DNA of 36,272 nt from Octopus bimaculoides (lineage: Eukaryota), in the NCBI RefSeq assembly GCF_001194135.2, contig NC_068993.1, positions 44,105,307 to 44,141,578 of the forward strand. Reading direction: 5' to 3'. Of this stretch, positions 33,601-36,272 are shown one piece after another (the stretch's first letter is position 1; each line of letters opens with the position of its first letter). The notes below the pieces were generated by a model. It searched no databases. It worked only from the letters and a program-made list of their open reading frames with translations, and was not told the origin of the DNA. The translations under genes were made by a program, and so were the position numbers.

Positions 33601-35743
33601 ATATATATACGGCATGTGTGCGTGAGCAGGGAAAAGAAACTGCTGTTGCCGTGCTTCTCCCCTTCATTAGCTATTACTATAATCTTCATAACCACGGATA
33701 GGAACAGAACAATCAGTGAAGAAGTCAGTGGTCACAAACTTTGTACTGCTAAAAATATTTAGCTGGACGTGGGCATGGCTATGTGGTTAAAATGTTCACT
33801 ATGTAACCACGAAGTACAAGTTCAATAATGGGAGGCAGTACCTCTGAAAGTATCTTCTCCCTATGCTTATGATGACGAATATCTTCGTAGTGAAATTTAG
33901 ATACAAAGTGTGGAAGCTTGTCACATTTATATATGGGAAACTTATTTCCACCACTGTACATAGTTTTTCTTCTATTTCCCATATCACTATTTCTATACTT
34001 ACATTTTGTTGAGATTTTTCTTCAGACGGATCTCCTTATGCAATATTTTGGCAACAAGATCATGTCTTATATGTAGATACTAACACGAAGACATTTTTGG
34101 ACAACTGCTTGTGATGTGGGTGATATCTTCGGTATTAACTCCACAAAGTCTGCATCGGTTGTCACATTTTGGCGTATTACATGCGTCTCTGACTGTTTCA
34201 TGCATCAAGAATTTAGTTGCTATTTCCTGTTCCTGGACAGCAAACGTATACCCTTCAAAATGAGTTAGTGATCCTGTTGTTGCTCCGCGATAGACTGCTT
34301 TGATAATCAATCTTGCTGTCATCCGGGAGCTTTCTGCAAACATATCCATGCATGGTATTCTGCTGATATACACTCATCCTTTCATCTGATGACACGTTGC
34401 GGGGCAGCTGTGCCAGTTCTTTGGGATGTATTCAATGTTATCTGATAAGGAATGTTTCTCGAGAACTACTTTTCAAGTCGCATGATGTTATCTGCTTGTG
34501 TATACAAACTTGGTCAAAGGATGCACCTCGACATGTATGCATGCATGCATGCATCTATGCGTGTATGTATACGTGTGTTTTTAAGTAGGTCGGTATGTAC
34601 ATAGATATGTATGAATGTATGTATGCATGCTTCTATGTATACATGCTTGTGTATATATATATATAGCTACATACGTATTTATGTATATACGCTTGTTCGT
34701 TTTGAGAAAAACATATGCACTAGTTTTAGTTCACTTATTTATTGACCGAATTCACAAAATTTATCGTTACACATCTGTTGTTTTGCAAGGAATCTCCATG
34801 ATTATTTGCTTGGTGTTTGATCTTTATAAAATGGTGGTTATGGTAAGTCAATAAATACATGTTTGTATATATTTTTTTATTTTTCCGTCAACTGCCATTA
34901 ACTTAAAATTACAGGGGTGACCGCCGCCACTATAAATGATATCCCATGTTGACAAAATTATTAAAAACATAAAAATATAATGAAAGCAAAAACACACACA
35001 TTGACACCATCAACAGGTGAATAACCAACACACACACACACAATCAATACGCACAACAGAAAATAACTTAAGGAACAGTCCGCAAAATACTAATATGATA
35101 CGGTGTCATATGTAATATAAGTGAGCTGGCTGAATTTGATCAATTAAGTTATTATCCCAGAAAGTGGTAAACATTACCTCTAGATGTATTTAAAATCTAA
35201 AAAGAAAACTCACAAAAATAAAGGTCATAAATCTCGTAAGATTAGTTGATTGTTTATTTTACAAGTCTTCACAGACATATAAAACCCACCTGAATGCTGT
35301 GCACGCGCTTCACTTATGTATTCTGAAGAAAACTTGTAAAGAGGTTAGAAACAGTGCTTTCTTTGAGCAAGTCTTTTACAATATTGGCCCAGAATCCAGT
35401 CACATTGGTCAATGCTTCATTGGATTCCCAACTTTGTTGTTAAGTGGTGAGTTGTAGGAAGATAATTTCTCTATCCAAAAAATTGTCTATCCATGCAAAC
35501 ATGAGAAAATATGTCAATACTTTAAAAAATATTTTCTTCTAACATCAATAAACATTGAATTTATCTTCCTCTGTTTTGTATAAAAATATTAAGTTTTTTT
35601 TGTAATTCCCTTTTACATTTGTCTTTTCTGTTTCTAAAGGTCAACTGGAATGTCCTGCTCACACTCATTCTGATACTTTGTCAATTATAAAAGTTATTGA
35701 CGAGGTTCGACGACAACTTGAAGAGAAGCATCAGAAAAATTAA
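26813..35743 (+). CDS. DHDH: DHDH-like copy 2, complete 7-exon ORF, 329 aa
   Basis: Exons 26813-26896, 28569-28680, 29246-29409, 30445-30694, 32388-32512, 32761-32911 and 35640-35743 (84+112+164+250+125+151+104 = 990 nt), all GT-AG, no internal stop. MRWGICSAGLIANDF (Rossmann start)..CEKT..WSNFFP..GGGGLLCTAVY..FW..FPLP..YEAEDVR..DEVRRQL. Confidence 0.92.
27491..27599. repeat. (CT)n with AAC interruptions
   Basis: Direct reading. Confidence 0.93.
27721..27910 (-). mobile_element. SINE with an internal ~27-bp tandem duplication
   Basis: Homologous to 15361-15556; tggtacttattttaatgaccacaaaa occurs twice (about 27790 and 27819). Confidence 0.75.
28569..28680 (+). CDS. DHDH: Copy 2 exon 2
   Basis: tcatttag|ATA ACT GCA ... 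AAC ATA G|gtatga; ITAVVSKSLEKAKKLADEFKIPNVYDSYEEFAKDPNI. Confidence 0.9.
29246..29409 (+). CDS. DHDH: Copy 2 exon 3
   Basis: ctttctcag|AT CTT GTG ... ATG GAG|gtatgt. Confidence 0.92.
30445..30694 (+). CDS. DHDH: Copy 2 exon 4
   Basis: ttctttcag|GCT TTG TGG ... GAC ACA G|gtaagt. Confidence 0.92.
32388..32512 (+). CDS. DHDH: Copy 2 exon 5
   Basis: ttggaaaag|GT GTC GAC ... ATT TAT|gtaagt. Confidence 0.88.
32761..32911 (+). CDS. DHDH: Copy 2 exon 6
   Basis: gttttaatag|ATA CAT CCA ... GAG AAG A|gtaagt. Confidence 0.92.
33720..34530 (-). mobile_element. R4/Dong-like non-LTR retrotransposon fragment (CCHC zinc knuckle plus REL endonuclease region), decayed
   Basis: Minus strand across frameshifts: YQQNTMHGY..ID..LTHFEGYTFAVQEQEIATKF..CDNRCRLCGVNTEDITHITSSCPKM..IRHDLVAK..VIWEIEEKLCTVVEISFP..LYLNF..FVIISIG. 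Confidence 0.8.
35640..35743 (+). CDS. DHDH: Copy 2 exon 7 (terminal)
   Basis: gtttctaaag|GT CAA CTG GAA TGT ... AAA AAT TAA. Confidence 0.88.
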
Positions 35744-35934
35744 GGTCTTTATACGGAGGAAGAGAAAGAAAATATAGCTATAAGAGAATAGCGCATTTAC
35801 TTACTACTATTGATAATCTAGATTATGCATACACACAGAAGTTTATCATTTAAACATATATGAGTATGTCTAGACATGCGACTATATGCATGAGAATACA
35901 TACATAAAACAAAACATATATGCATACACACATA

Positions 35935-36040
35935 CAGACAAAAATACCCTGCTGATGTTGAAATTCCAATGACAGAGCCTTGAATCTAGGTTAGAAACCG
36001 AATCCTTCTCTATTGGCAAGAAATCTTAAAATAAAACTGA
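35935..36040. mobile_element. Short interspersed repeat fragment (unclassified)
   Basis: gttgaaattccaatgacagagccttgaatctaggttagaaaccg..ggcaagaaatcttaaaataaaactgaa; recognised from memory only. Confidence 0.3.
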
Positions 36041-36133
36041 ATAATTACACACATAAATACGTTTTATAACAATCTCTAGGTAAACATTAATGTAGTTGTG
36101 GTGTGTGCGTACGAGTAGATGTAATCGCCTTAC

Positions 36134-36272
36134 CTCGGTTTTCCTTTCCTCGACTGCGAGTCTGTCTTGCGGTATCCGATCCTTGAAGCTTGCCCCGACC
36201 CAAAGTACACCAGGAATAGCAGCTGCCTCTCCCAAACCTAGACCGTCGCTTAACACGTCTTGTCCTGACCAC
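36134..36272 (-). other. Candidate exon of an unknown minus-strand transcript (or a repeat end)
   Basis: GC-richer block whose reverse complement ends ...AAAACCGAG|gtaagg (strong donor); two frames open; no recognisable product. Confidence 0.2.

Noticed and set aside
267-35639. U12-type or non-canonical introns in the DHDH genes
   Set aside because: All donors are ordinary GT (GTAAGT, GTATGT, GTACGT, GTAAGC, GTATGA); no GTATCCT signature.

Overview
Eukaryotic, AT-rich, intron- and microsatellite-rich draft-assembly DNA with eight N-gaps. It is most likely a cephalopod (Octopus-type), inferred from recalled SINE families rather than from a search. The window holds a tandem cluster of DHDH-like genes (Gfo/Idh/MocA family; dimeric dihydrodiol / D-xylose dehydrogenase-like). 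Copy 1 (+) has exons 3-7 inside the window (103-10568). Copy 2 (+) is a complete 7-exon, 329-aa ORF (26813-35743). Between them are three minus-strand DHDH pieces: an intact orphan exon 1 (17908-17991) and two decayed exon-4 copies (20320-20475 and 24639-25118, the latter split by a LINE fragment and linked to a 16-bp direct repeat). The paralogs differ most at positions that line the active site, and both depart from the canonical EKP and LLD motifs. The rest is transposon debris (MULE, two R4/Dong-like LINEs, Penelope, mariner, Tc1-like, hAT MITE, Helentron-type element, many SINEs) and simple repeats. I see no convincing wholly new biological system. The best leads are the diversifying DHDH array, the LINE/exon chimera, a promoter-like motif cluster between head-to-head copies, and R4-like elements sitting at (TACA)n repeats. 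All alignments and counts were done by eye; reference sequences and residue numbers are from memory.
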